DNA of 64,000 nt from Octopus sinensis (Eukaryota), in assembly GCF_006345805.1 (NCBI RefSeq), contig NC_043006.1:42470001-42534000 (forward strand), written 5' to 3'. Positions 1-11,452 of this stretch are shown here, piece after piece. Numbering within the stretch: the first letter of the stretch is position 1; every line of letters begins with the position of its first letter. A model generated the notes under the pieces. That model did no database searches and had not been told where the DNA came from. It saw only the letters and a list, made by a program, of their open reading frames with translations. A program made the translations under genes and the position numbers.

Positions 1-54
1 GAACAATTGTTAAAACTTGTTTTCTTTTTGCACTCATTGCCAAGTATACCTACA

Positions 55-398
55 CATGTATGTATGTATGTATGTATGTATGTATGTATGTATGTATGTA
101 TGTATGTATGTATGTATGTATGTATGTATGTATGTATGTGCGTATGTACGTATGTATGTATGTGCGTATGTACGTATGTATGTATGTATGTATGCATGTA
201 TGTATGAATGAATGCATGTATGTATGCATATATGTATGAATGTATGTATGTATGGATGTATGAATGAATGTATGTATGTATGTATGTGTGTGTGTATGTA
301 TGTATGTATGTATGTATGTATGTATGTATGTATGTATGCATGTACGTACGTATGTATGTATGTATGTATGCATGTATGTATTTAGTATGTATGTATGA

Positions 399-431
<33 letters not shown>

Positions 432-583
432 TGTATGTATGTATGTATGTATGTATGTATGTATGTGTGTATGTATGTATGTATGTACGTACGTATGTAT
501 GTATGCATGTATGTATGTAGTATGTATGTATGAATATATGTATGTATGTACGTATGTATGTACGTACGTACGCATGTATGTAT

Positions 584-627
<44 letters not shown>

Positions 628-691
628 TCACACACAAACATGCACAAACGCACACTCAGATATATATATATAAATACGCATCTATACACAT

Positions 692-771
<80 letters not shown>

Positions 772-802
772 CCAAACACAAACAGACACATACACATACT
801 CA

Positions 803-845
<43 letters not shown>
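55..845. repeat. Compound microsatellite (TATG)n/(CA)n/(TA)n
   Basis: Direct reading. Similar blocks at ~11620-12260, 14330-14530, 18520-19200, 20545-21030, 27790-28090, 52297-52492 (GTA/GTG triplets), 60620-60770 and 63140-63545. Confidence 0.98.
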
Positions 846-1237
846 GCATCTGCCATCAATTTTCATTTTGTCATCATTTAATGCTGTCACATCCGTTTAT
901 CGGTTTGCCCCTATCTACATGTACAGGTTGACTGACAAATAGACTTCCATAAATCTTGTCTATTTTTATGCGTATCTGTATATGTATATCGCAGTAATTT
1001 CTCTCTCTTTCTGTTTATTTTTATTTCTACCTGTTTTCATATTTATGTCACTATTAAACATATATAAGTATGCGTATACACATACACTTGCACACATGCA
1101 TTAACACAACACAAATACACGTACACATATTTCTTGTTATTTTTCTTTTTCCTTTGGACATAATTTTTTTTGTTTCTATTCGAATGACTCCGTGCTTTTA
1201 TAGTCTTTGTTATTATAAAGGATGTGCTTTGCCTTTC

Positions 1238-1312
<75 letters not shown>

Positions 1313-3023
1313 GAGAGCATACATACACATACATATAAAGCAGAGAAAAAGAAAAGTCGCTAAAAGCTTTCACATCGACGCCTCTATTTCAGCAGCAGAT
1401 GAAAGAAACACCTATTTCGTAATTGGAATACATGCACACATACTCACACATACTACATATATACATACATGCATGTATGTACACATATACACACATACAT
1501 ATGTAACTGTATACACATATATTTGTGTGTGTGTGTTTATAAGTTACTATGAGTAAAATACAATATCAACAGCAAAGACTTTTGATACCGATACCTTACA
1601 AAACTAGATGACACCTGGAAAGTGAAAGTAAAAGTGTCGGACTAGATTATCAATTGGAAAATTCTAAAAAGATCCTGACCTTTCAAAATTTGGAAATAAG
1701 AGACGTTATCTGTGTACAGCTGAAAAACCCCCAGAAAATCGCCAAAGCCTTCACAACTGAGAACCCAATTTCAACACCAGATCAAATAATTCGAAATTTG
1801 TAGGCACATCGTAAAACATCTATGGCTGAAGTGCGAAGCACTACATTCATCCGACTAGAACCATATATAACTTAGATATCTGGTATTGCTTCGTCTTTCT
1901 TTGCTCCTTCCAGTTCCAACTTTCCACCAAGCATTCTCCTACTTATTTCTCTCTCTACACACCTTAGTCTTCCTTCATTTGACACTTTAAGTTCCATTTC
2001 ATTGACAAAAGATTAATATCCCGTAATCATACATAGCTGTTTTGTTCAATTTCTGGGTCTTTTCTGTTTGGCTTTCATTCTTCAATTCCTTCAATTTAGT
2101 TCCAATCGATTTCAAATTTGATATATTGATATAGTTTTGTATGCTAATTATGGAAATGAAATTCATTTTTGTCCTGGATTGATAAATAAAAAAATAATAG
2201 CTTTTAAAATTTGTAAATTTTGGAGTTATTTTAGCCAATCGAAAGCAACGAACACATTGGTGCCCGTTTCTATAGTAACAAACCAAGCTGTTGTGTAGTC
2301 GGCTTACTCTTTCGTATATGATGGAGATATTGAAAATCGAGGAGGATGCGGTTGATCGGGAAGACTCATGATAAAAAAAAAACATTCTAATGCTGAACCC
2401 CCAACAGTTTTAGAGTTATCTTGGATTACCATAATCTAGTATGCCCTTCCTCATTTTATTATGTCAGGGTGCTCTTTGGGTGGAGATTTAGCTGCCTTTT
2501 CCAGGAGTTCGATCGTTACTTGAACTGAACAACATTTTGGTTTTTCAAGATTTAACGTTCTGGTATTTTTTGCATTACATACACGCCTCTTACAACATTT
2601 CACATGACTCTATTCATTAAAACTTATTAAAACTTTCACCGTTTAATGTTTTGTCGTCGCAACGTTGTCATCAGTCATCGTAATGTTGTCATCATGCACA
2701 AAATGCCAGCTTCCAAATCAAGTTTTCTGATTGGGTAAAAATCATCAAGCTTTAAACTTCTGTAATATTTTTCTAAAATATTTTTGAAACATACCCAGCG
2801 TGAAAGACTGCATAAATATGCAAAATTTGAAAATTTTCACTTAATTTTAAAATTTCAAAAAGACCCCAATACCTAACAAAGGCAATTTTCTGGCTATTTC
2901 AAAATTTCACAAGAAACATTTAAGTGGGGAATAATTCAAACGTAGTCGTTGAGTTAGTCACCTTTAACGCGATCGGAAATTCGGGAAAAGCACATTTTGT
3001 AAAATAATACCCACAATTTTCTA

Positions 3024-3462
3024 GAAGGGTTCTCAACCGGGGTCCATATGGATCCTTATGGTTCATATAAGAATTTTTGGAGTCCACAGATGCAATATAA
3101 TAAATTGGGGGTCCACAATAATTTTCAGGGGCTATGAAAAGACTTCAGACCAGTGAAGTATATGTTATACTCTTTTACTTGTTTCAGTCATTTGATTGTG
3201 GCCATGCTGGAGCACCGCCTTTTAATTGAGCAAATCGACCCCAGGACTTATTCTTTGTAAGCCTAGTACTTATTCTATCAGTCTCTTTTGCCGGACCGCT
3301 AAGTTACGGGGACGTAAACACACCAGCATCGGTTGTCAAGCGATGTTGGGGGGACAAACACACACAAACACACACACACATACATACATACACACACACA
3401 CACATACATACATACATGCATACATACATACATACATACATACATACATACATACATACATA

Positions 3463-3495
<33 letters not shown>

Positions 3496-3812
3496 TATGT
3501 ACGAAGGGCTTCTTTCAGTTTCCGTCTACCAAATCCCCTCACAAGGCTTTGGTCGGCCCGAAGCTATAGTAGAAGACACTTGCCTAAGGTACCACGCAGT
3601 GAGACTGAACCCGGAACCATGTGGTTGGTAAGCAAGCTACTTACCACACACCCACTCCTACACCAAAATATTTTAACAGTTTTTAAACAATTCTCAATAA
3701 TATTTAGTTATAAAGATACCATAGGATCTTTTTAAACAGCGTATGGTTATGGGAGTCCACCCGAGTGAAACAGGAACCAGAGGGGTCCATAGGTAAAAAA
3801 ATTTGTAGACTA
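3024..3812. mobile_element. Second copy of the GGGGTCCA hAT MITE, split by a SINE
   Basis: GGGTTCTCAACCGGGGTCCA start and GGGGTCCATAGGTAAAAAAA end, homologous to 31740-32351. Confidence 0.7.
3167..3664 (-). mobile_element. SINE family A (tRNA-like head, CORE-like box, internal microsatellite)
   Basis: Head GGAGTGGG/GCTGTGTGGTAAG...GGTTCAGT; ACCTT(A/G)GGCAAGTGTCTT resembles the MIR/CORE box; tail (AAAAGAGT)n. Confidence 0.85.
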
Positions 3813-4375
3813 TATATTTTACGCAGGGCCTGAAAACATGTTCCCACGAAACCAATGATCACCAGCGCTATAAGCTTTCATTGATTTATAGATATCGTTA
3901 TATTACTCCAGATCTTTGTTCTATCTTTTATCTCTTTCCTTCTTTCAGCCGTTAGACTGCGGCCATACTGGGGCACCGCATTGAAGAATTTTAGACGAAC
4001 GAATTGCTCCCAGTACTCAGTTTTTTTTAAAGCCTGGTACTTATTCTATCGGTCTCTTTTGCTGAACCGCTAAGTTACGGGGTAGTGGGCAAACACAGAC
4101 ACAAAGACCCCATCACCACCACTACCGCCACCACCACCACACACACACACATACGACGGGCTTCTTCTAGTTTCCGTCTACCAAATCCACTCACAAAACT
4201 TTGGTCGGCCCGAGGCTAAAACACGTGCTGAAGGTGCTACAGTGAGATTGAACCTGGAACCATGTGGTTGGGAAGCAAATTTTTTACAATATAACCACAC
4301 CTGTGACAGTTTCTGTATTATTTATGGGGCATGACACGATATGTACGCGTGCGTGTCTGTTATATATTCTTTTTG

Positions 4376-4415
<40 letters not shown>

Positions 4416-4464
4416 TATATATAATATATATAATATATATATTATATATACATATATATATGTT

Positions 4465-4536
4465 GGACCGCTGAAATCTACAAGTTTTTTCATTCTCTCT
4501 CTGTTTATTTTCTCTTATTCGAGTGTAGGCACTTCC

Positions 4537-4583
<47 letters not shown>

Positions 4584-4720
4584 TCACATACCTCCCTTAT
4601 ACGAGAGTAGGCTCGAAATGTAAAAGACTTTTTATTTTTCCCGAGCGTCAAACTAATACACTTGCTTGTTGTTCATACACCTGTGTTCGCCTTTTGTTTT
4701 GTATAAATTTCAACTATATA
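4465..4720 (+). mobile_element. Degenerate copy of the PLE-like short element, interrupted by (CA)n
   Basis: Shares CTGAAATCTACAAG..., GGCTCGAAATGTAAAAGAC and the ...AAATTTCAAC(TA)n end with 53094-53290. The CTGANGA box is lost. Confidence 0.65.
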
Positions 4721-4728
4721 TATATATA

Positions 4729-4776
<48 letters not shown>

Positions 4777-4999
4777 ATTATTATTATTAGGGAACACAGG
4801 AAAAAGACATTCAAATTAGATGTACTAAAATGAATATCTCTCAATGTTTAATTCGTATATATAAAAGTAATATTAGAGACAGAACCACCTTCAACTCAAT
4901 CAACACTGAAAGGTTTTATACCCGACCACTCCATAAAATGTTAAAAATTAAATCTTATACTAGCTATACCTATTCTGAATCCTGTATTTTCCAGTTATA

Positions 5000-5099
5000 A
5001 GACAACACGTGTTTCATGAAAGTATGTCGGTATTGATTAGATTCGAGGTATCTAGTTTCAATACTTACTCGGGTCGACATACTCCCAATCGTCAGGTCT
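5000..5099 (-). ncRNA. Minimal type I hammerhead ribozyme motif (PLE/retrozyme type)
   Basis: Minus strand reads AGAC-CTGACGA-[TTGGGAGTATGTCG...CGACATACTTTCAT]-GAAA-CACGTG-T-T-GTCT: 4-bp stem I, ~13-bp stem II, palindromic stem III ACACGTGT. Confidence 0.8.
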
Positions 5100-5568
5100 G
5101 GATTCTTCAACATTTTCCCCTAACCCTATCTCTTATATACTTAGATGATACTCTATATCTTCAATATAATCTTACTTAACATGTACAAATGAATAGAAAT
5201 ACAAATAATAAGTAGCTCTACTTTGCATCGCTTGCAAACTTATATGTTCTATGATCATTAAAGTGCGACAACCTCCACAATAACCAGCGTTCACTTTGGC
5301 TTTCTGTTCCTAGATTAATTGGAAACATAGATTGCCGTGCTACTCATAAACCTTCTCGTTAGTTATATAACAGTTAGTTGAGTTAGAGGTTAAAATAACC
5401 GTCTAAGGGATAGAAGTATGCATTACACTTCCGGTATATTACCTATATTTAACCATGGGCATACGTATGCAAACATATTATGTTCATAAATTATAGGTAA
5501 AGACAAGGATAAACATGAGTTTATCAAGAATCAAAATTTAAAGAAAACAGAAAATGGAGAAGTATGTA

Positions 5569-5628
<60 letters not shown>

Positions 5629-5993
5629 GAATATTGGAAGCATTAACCTCACTCGAACTCTACTACCAAGTCAGAGAAATCATCAGGCTCAAAGACCTTT
5701 GCTTCAAGATGATCGTCAGCGTACAAGTGGAAAGTTCCGAGTAATTAATCTGGTAAGCTTGTTATTCTTAATTAATTAAAAACTGTCGAGAGAAGGTAAA
5801 CATTGTTGAACAGTATTTCAAAATACCAAACAGCAAAAGCGACAAATTGATTGAGAGTTTTTATTTCTTAATGGGTTATTATTTGTTATAAAGCGGTCTT
5901 TGCCATTGTTATATCTGTCTTTGTACGACAGTTGTCGCTTTGACAGATATTGTTATATTCCGAAGTCACCGATAGAATGGTTCTATCTGGCAC

Positions 5994-6205
5994 TGTACAA
6001 CCCCCAGTCGTTCAGTGTTATTATTTTCAAAAGGTTGGATCGGTATAACGTCCACTTACTACCACAGTATAATTACTATATCAGCACAGACACGACTATC
6101 AACACAGTCTAACACGTACTGTCTCGTACTCTCCTATTTATAGTGACTATGTTATTCCACTCGTCACGTGGGTGGGTGCACTGTTATTACTTATTCCCTA
6201 CAACA
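5994..6205 (-). mobile_element. Possible LTR (TG...CA) with adjacent decayed internal sequence toward 5620
   Basis: Minus strand starts TGTTGTAGGG, contains CTATAAATAG, ends ...GGGGGTTGTACA and is followed by GTGCCAGA (PBS-like). No second LTR found. Confidence 0.35.
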
Positions 6206-6674
6206 CGATTCAGCGTCTCAATTGCTTTAAAATTGGAAACAGAGATCGTAAGTCTAGTTTGATCTTTGTTAGACACAGTGGCCATTTAGAACATTTTTTT
6301 TTGTATATTTTGTTTTTTATCTACTTTTTTTTTATCCCTAGGGCTCAGAAACTCGTTTACGCCGTTCGCAAAGCATATAAGTGGCCGAGCTCACACATCC
6401 TCTGCGCAGGACGCCGGTCTATTGTAAGGTTTATGACCAGCGTATTTTGAGAGGAGGGGCACCGGTACTTTATTTTATGGATCCTGAATGAAGGTAAGGT
6501 AAAGTTGACTTCGGCGGGATTTGAACTCAGAACGTGAAGAGCTGGAAGAAATACTGCTAAGCATTTTGTCCTACGTGTTAACGACACCACCAGCTCACCG
6601 CCATTTGGTTTAATAAGCGAAGTATAATCATGTACATATTTTACAGGTTTATAATGAGTTTACAGGAATACAGA

Positions 6675-7120
6675 CAGAGGGGGGTGAAGAGAAAGCGGGG
6701 GAGGGAGAGAGAGAAAACAGAAGAAAGGGAAAGGGAGAGAGAGGAAGAAGAGAGGGGAGATAGAAAAAGAAGAGAAGAGGAGAGAGAGAAAACGGAAGAA
6801 AGGGAAAGGGGGAGAGGATGAAGAGGGGGAGCTAGAAAAAGAAGAGAGAGGGCGAGAGGGAAAGAGAGAAAAAGAGAGAGAAGGAGTGAGAGACGGACAG
6901 AAAGAGGGATAGAAAGAAGGGGAGAGGGATAGAGAGAAGGGGAGAGGGATAGAGAGAAGGGAGAGGGATAGAGAGAAGGGAGAGGGATAGAGAGAAGGGG
7001 AGAGGGATAGAGACAGAGAGAGAAGGATAGAGAGAGGGGGAGAGGGAAAGAGAGAAAGGGAGAGGAAAAGGGAAAGAAAGAGAGATAAGGATAGAGAAAA
7101 GGAGAGAGAGAGAGAGAGAA
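6675..7120. repeat. Purine-rich (GA) tract including a 20-bp unit GAGAGGGATAGAGAGAAGGG in several tandem copies
   Basis: Direct reading. Confidence 0.9.
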
Positions 7121-7231
7121 GTAACGCAAAAATACGATGTGAAGCTTCTACAATAAAGTTTCTTCTCTTAAAAACAGTTTTTACAAATTTATTGCTATAA
7201 GCCAGTCCCCACCTACACAAGAGCACAAAGA

Positions 7232-7285
<54 letters not shown>

Positions 7286-7286
<1 letters not shown>

Positions 7287-7615
7287 CCATACGTAGGCAG
7301 ACTTACAGAGATTCACAACCAGGTATAAACGTGCACAAACAACACACACATACACACACATCCATACGTAGGCAGACTTACAGAGACTCACAATCAGGTA
7401 TAAACACACACACATATACATACACACATGCATGCACACACATTCATACATAGCAAGACTTACAGAGACTCACAACCAGGTATAAACACACACATACACA
7501 CACATCCATACATAGGCAGACGTACAGAGACTCACAACCAGGTATAAACACACACACATGCACACACATATCCATACATAGACAGACTCACAGAGACTTA
7601 CATCCAGGTATAAAT
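7286..7615. repeat. Minisatellite, ~55-60-bp units with a variable (CA)n core
   Basis: CAGACTTACAGAGACTCACAACCAGGTATAAAC repeated 5-6 times. Confidence 0.9.
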
Positions 7616-7619
7616 ACAC

Positions 7620-7742
7620 TATCTATCTATCTGCTCAGTCGAAGTCGACTCTCGGTTACTCGTTGGATCAGTATCCTCCAGTCAGTTCTATCCTGGGCCG
7701 CTTCTTTCAGATTGGCTATGTCCATTCCGGTATCACTCTTGA
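7620..7742 (-). mobile_element. RTE LINE extreme 3' fragment
   Basis: Minus-strand translation DTGMDIANLKEAAQDRTDWRILIQRVTESRLRL followed by a (GATA)n tail. Confidence 0.7.
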
Positions 7743-8020
7743 TACACACACACATACAATCACTCACGATTAAACCCAGTCAGAAAATATGTGATAAAAT
7801 AGTGAAGTTATTTTGGAATTTCTGAAAGGCAATTCAAAAATGTATCGGGACGTCAGAGAGCGAAGACATGATCTAGTTGGCTTTCTCAAAACATACGCCA
7901 GCTAGTAGACAGTAGGTAACGCACAGGGGAAGATCATAGCCTCAACGCATCAAACTCTTTTCACTTATCATTCAACTTATATATATACACACACACAACA
8001 CAACACCACACACACACACA

Positions 8021-8052
<32 letters not shown>

Positions 8053-8266
8053 TTTGTGAAATAGAAAGATGAATAATCTTGTGCAGATTAATCAAAAGTT
8101 TAACCGATACCTTGGTAGCAAAAATCACAGCAGAAGACAGCACGGTTGGAGGTACAACCATATGGTGTTGCAACCGTGCGTTGGTGCGGATAATTGAATT
8201 TTAATATTATTAGTGAATTGAAGAAATGGAGCTGAACGAAGATTGAACAGAAATCGTTTTATTGCA

Positions 8267-8346
8267 TTCTACACGTGTTTCGAAAGGCACAATTTACCAA
8301 ATTCCGATTGAATAAGGAGACCATATTGTGTCTTTCTCTTCAGGAA
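8267..8346 (-). ncRNA. Minimal type I hammerhead ribozyme motif (left arm of palindrome)
   Basis: Minus strand reads TTC-CTGAAGA-GAAAGACACAAT...ATTGTGCCTTTC-GAAA-CACGTG-T-A-GAA. Confidence 0.8.
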
Positions 8347-8460
8347 GAAATAGGAAATCCGTTGGAAAAAACAAAATCAGAACAGAGGCGGAGCCTCGTT
8401 CGATTTGTTTTGCTCCGCCTCTGTTCTGTTTTTGTTTTTTCCCAACGGATTTCCTATTTC

Positions 8461-8540
8461 TTCCTGAAGAGAAAGACACAATATGGTCCCATTATTCAAT
8501 CGGATTTTGGTAAATTGTGCCTTTCGAAACACGTGTAGAA
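8461..8540 (+). ncRNA. Minimal type I hammerhead ribozyme motif (right arm of palindrome)
   Basis: TTC(8461)-CTGAAGA(8464-70)-stem II 8471-82/8514-25 (12 bp, 1 mismatch)-GAAA(8526-29)-CACGTG-T-A(8537)-GAA. Predicted cleavage after GUA. Confidence 0.8.
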
Positions 8541-8595
8541 TGCAATAAAACGATTTCTGTTCAATCTTCGTTCAACTCCATTTCTTCAATTCACT

Positions 8596-8640
<45 letters not shown>

Positions 8641-8652
8641 TATATATATATA

Positions 8653-8909
8653 TATATTGTATAGAGGGCATTATTACACATAAATGCCTCACACTAAGAG
8701 GGACAAAGTCATTACTACCAAAATTATACTAATCATACCTAAATGCAGTTTTTCAAAGCAAGACATTTAAAAAAGGAATTTAGTTCTGTATCACCGTGAT
8801 TTCACATTCAACTTAGCATTTAGGTATGATTAGTATAATTTTGGTAGTAATGACTTTGTCCCTCTTAGTGTGTGAGCATTTAGTGTAATAATGCCCTCTA
8901 TACAATATA
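8653..8909. mobile_element. Foldback element (~94-bp inverted arms, ~70-bp spacer) in a TA tract
   Basis: TATATTGTATAGAGGGCATT...CCTAAATGC (8653-8746) vs its reverse complement at 8816-8909. Confidence 0.85.
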
Positions 8910-9032
8910 GATATTAATTTGTTCAAAAGAAAAAATTATTTTCGAATTCTTTTCTTTTATGAGGTTTTCACGCTAACTACCCGATAATTTCTTGTAAAAT
9001 CCCTTATTAAGAGGTTATCCTTAATTGTTAAA

Positions 9033-9108
<76 letters not shown>

Positions 9109-9926
9109 ATATGTATGTATGTATGAGGCCGACATTAAAGGTATTTAAAGTTACAGCCTTGTTCTGTGTATTTCTTTGTACTGTGTTCCTATCAAATGAT
9201 ATTAGAGCCTTCTGAAGGAATCAGCCTTTAGATGACTCCACAGCCCTGATTCAAACAGCCATCTGAAATACCATCAGTAGATCTGGATATATGATGGCTT
9301 CAAAATTTGGCACGATGGCAGTCATTTCGGGGAAGAGGTTAAGATGATTACATCGACCCCAATGTTCACCTGGTACTTATTTTATTGACCCCGAAAGGAT
9401 AAAAACCAAAGCTGATCTCGGTGGAATTTCAACTCAGAACAGAATGACGGACGAAATGCCGGTAAGCCCTTTTTGTCCAGTGCAGTAACGACTCTGCCAT
9501 TTCACCGCCTTAAACTAATTCATAATTTTGGTTTCAAGTTTTTGTACAAGACCAGCGGTTTCGTAGGATGATCGACTGCATCGACCCCAGTGCTCAACTG
9601 GTACTTATTTATTCGACCCCGGAAGAATGAAAAGCAGAGTCGATCTCGGCGGAATTTAAACTCTGGAATAAAAGCCACCAATAATAAAACGATGGAAATA
9701 ACTATTTCTCGCATAAGAACTGAGATTTAAGGAAAGGAGTTAGCTGTGACCATCAGTCTCAGTACTTGACCGGTTTATTATTTTGTGAAACCTGGGGAGA
9801 TGAAAGATGAAGTTGACTTAAGAATGGTTTGTATGGGCAGAAACAAATGCAGCATAGCTTGTTTCTGATGATCTAACAATTTTGCCAGTCTACCATCCTA
9901 ATTATAACAGCAACAACAACAATAAT

Positions 9927-10230
9927 AGCGTGGAAGATGTTTATAAGCCATTTAAGAAACACACAAAATCCGTTAGATTCACTTCAACATTTAAATTTAA
10001 TTTGTCAAAATATTTTCGTCGCTTTCAGACCGCGACCTGTTCACTGACAAAATCCCGTGCTACATCTTGGAATTTTGTCAGTGAACAGGTGCTGCAGCAC
10101 GGAATTTTGTCAGTGAACAGGTTGTGGTCTCAAAGCGACGAAAATATTTTGACAAATTAAATTTAAATGTTGAAGTGGATCTAACGGATTTTGTGTGTTT
10201 CTTAAATGGCATATAAACACCTTCCACGCT
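9927..10230. mobile_element. Long-TIR foldback MITE
   Basis: ~120-bp near-perfect inverted arms (AGCGTGGAAG...CACTGACAAAAT) with an internal duplicated GGAATTTTGTCAGTGAACAGGT. Confidence 0.85.
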
Positions 10231-10254
10231 GCAATTGTTTTCGTTCCAACAACA

Positions 10255-10990
10255 ATAATCTTTTCTACTAAAAGCAAAAGGTTTGAAATTTGGCGGGAGG
10301 GGACTAGTTGATTACATCAACCCCAGTGTTTCACCGATACTTAATTTATCGACCCAAAAGGATGAAAGGTAAAGTCGATTCAGCAGAATTTGAACTCAGA
10401 ACGTAGCGGCAGACGAAATACCTATTTCTATTTCTTTACTACCCACAAGGGGCTAAACACAGAGAGGAAAAACAAGGACAGACAAACGGATTAAGTCGAT
10501 TACATCAATCCCAGTGCGTAACTGGTAATTATTTAATCGACACCGAAAGGATGAAAGGCAAAGTCGACCTCGGCGGAATTTGAACTCAGAACGTAGCGGC
10601 AGACGAAATACCCATTCCTTTACTACCCACAAGGGGCTAAACACAGAGGGGACAAACAAGAACAGACAAACGGATTAAGTCGATTACATCGACCCCAGTG
10701 CGTAACTGGTACTTAATTTATCGACCCCGAAAGGATGAAAGGCAAAGTCGACCTCGGCGGAATTTGAACTCAGAACGTAGCGGCAGACGAAATACCTATT
10801 CCTTTACTACCCACAAGGGGCTAAACACAGAGGGGACAAACAAGAACAGACAAACGGATTAAGTCGATTACATCGACCCCAGTGCGTAACTGGTACTTAA
10901 TTTATCGACCCCGAAAGTATGAAAGGCAAAGTCGACCTCGGCGGAATTTGAACTCAGAACGTAGCGGCAGACGAAATACCGCTAAGCGTT
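10255..10990 (-). repeat. Tandem array of headless family B units (184-bp period)
   Basis: Anchor ACCCACAAGG at 10441, 10625 and 10809. Confidence 0.9.
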
Positions 10991-11402
10991 CCGTTGGGTA
11001 TAATAATAATATTAATAATGAGTTCAAATTTTGGCACAAAGGCAGCTACTACATAGGAGGGATTAAATCAGTTACATCGACCCTTGTGTTCAATTGGTAA
11101 TTATTTTATCGACCACGAAAAGCAAAGTCGACCTCAGAAGAATTTGAACGCAGAAAGTAAAACGGTCGAAATGCCCACAAAGCATTTTGGCCAGCGTGTT
11201 AATGATTCTGTCAGCTCACCGCCTAGGATCTAGATAGGACAAAATACAAGCACACCTTCTCGCATGGCCGCCACTTGTTACTCTTGGACACACGCACGCA
11301 AATCCTGTGCTAAGCCATGAAAGTACACTCAACGCATATATTGTATTTTTGATTGTGATACTGACGAAGTAATTCAACTACAATATGTTGCGTAATAAAG
11401 CC

Positions 11403-11452
11403 TACTACTGATGCAATGAGCAGCGGTCGGCTTTTTGAAACACGTGTATGTT
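11403..11452 (+). ncRNA. Decayed hammerhead motif
   Basis: CTGATGC (A9 changed)-AATGAGC/GCTTTTT stem II-GAAA-CACGTG-T-A. Same ACACGTGT stem III; stem I is poor. Confidence 0.55.

Larger units (their letters stand above)
8204..8603. mobile_element. ~400-bp palindrome of two head-to-head pLTR-like arms (Penelope-like)
   Basis: Arms 8204-8394 and 8412-8603 are reverse complements with roughly half a dozen differences by eye and a 17-nt spacer. The right arm ends in (TA)n. Confidence 0.85.

Noticed and set aside
7-942. Long ORFs such as MYVCMYVC, HTHT, IYIY and ERER here and throughout the window
   Set aside because: They are translations of (TATG)n, (CA)n, (TA)n and (GA)n microsatellites with no protein-like complexity.
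1341-1420. Further hammerhead-like fragments (also ~24575-24610 and ~63615-63645)
   Set aside because: The core boxes or stem I are too degraded to support a call.
1999-2385. 128-aa minus-strand ORF and nearby possible LINE remnants
   Set aside because: No recognisable RT or endonuclease motif could be confirmed; the AFDW similarity is too weak.
10255-10990. Regular ~185-bp repeats as a CRISPR-like array
   Set aside because: The units are whole SINE bodies with no unique spacers, there are no cas genes, and the context is eukaryotic.
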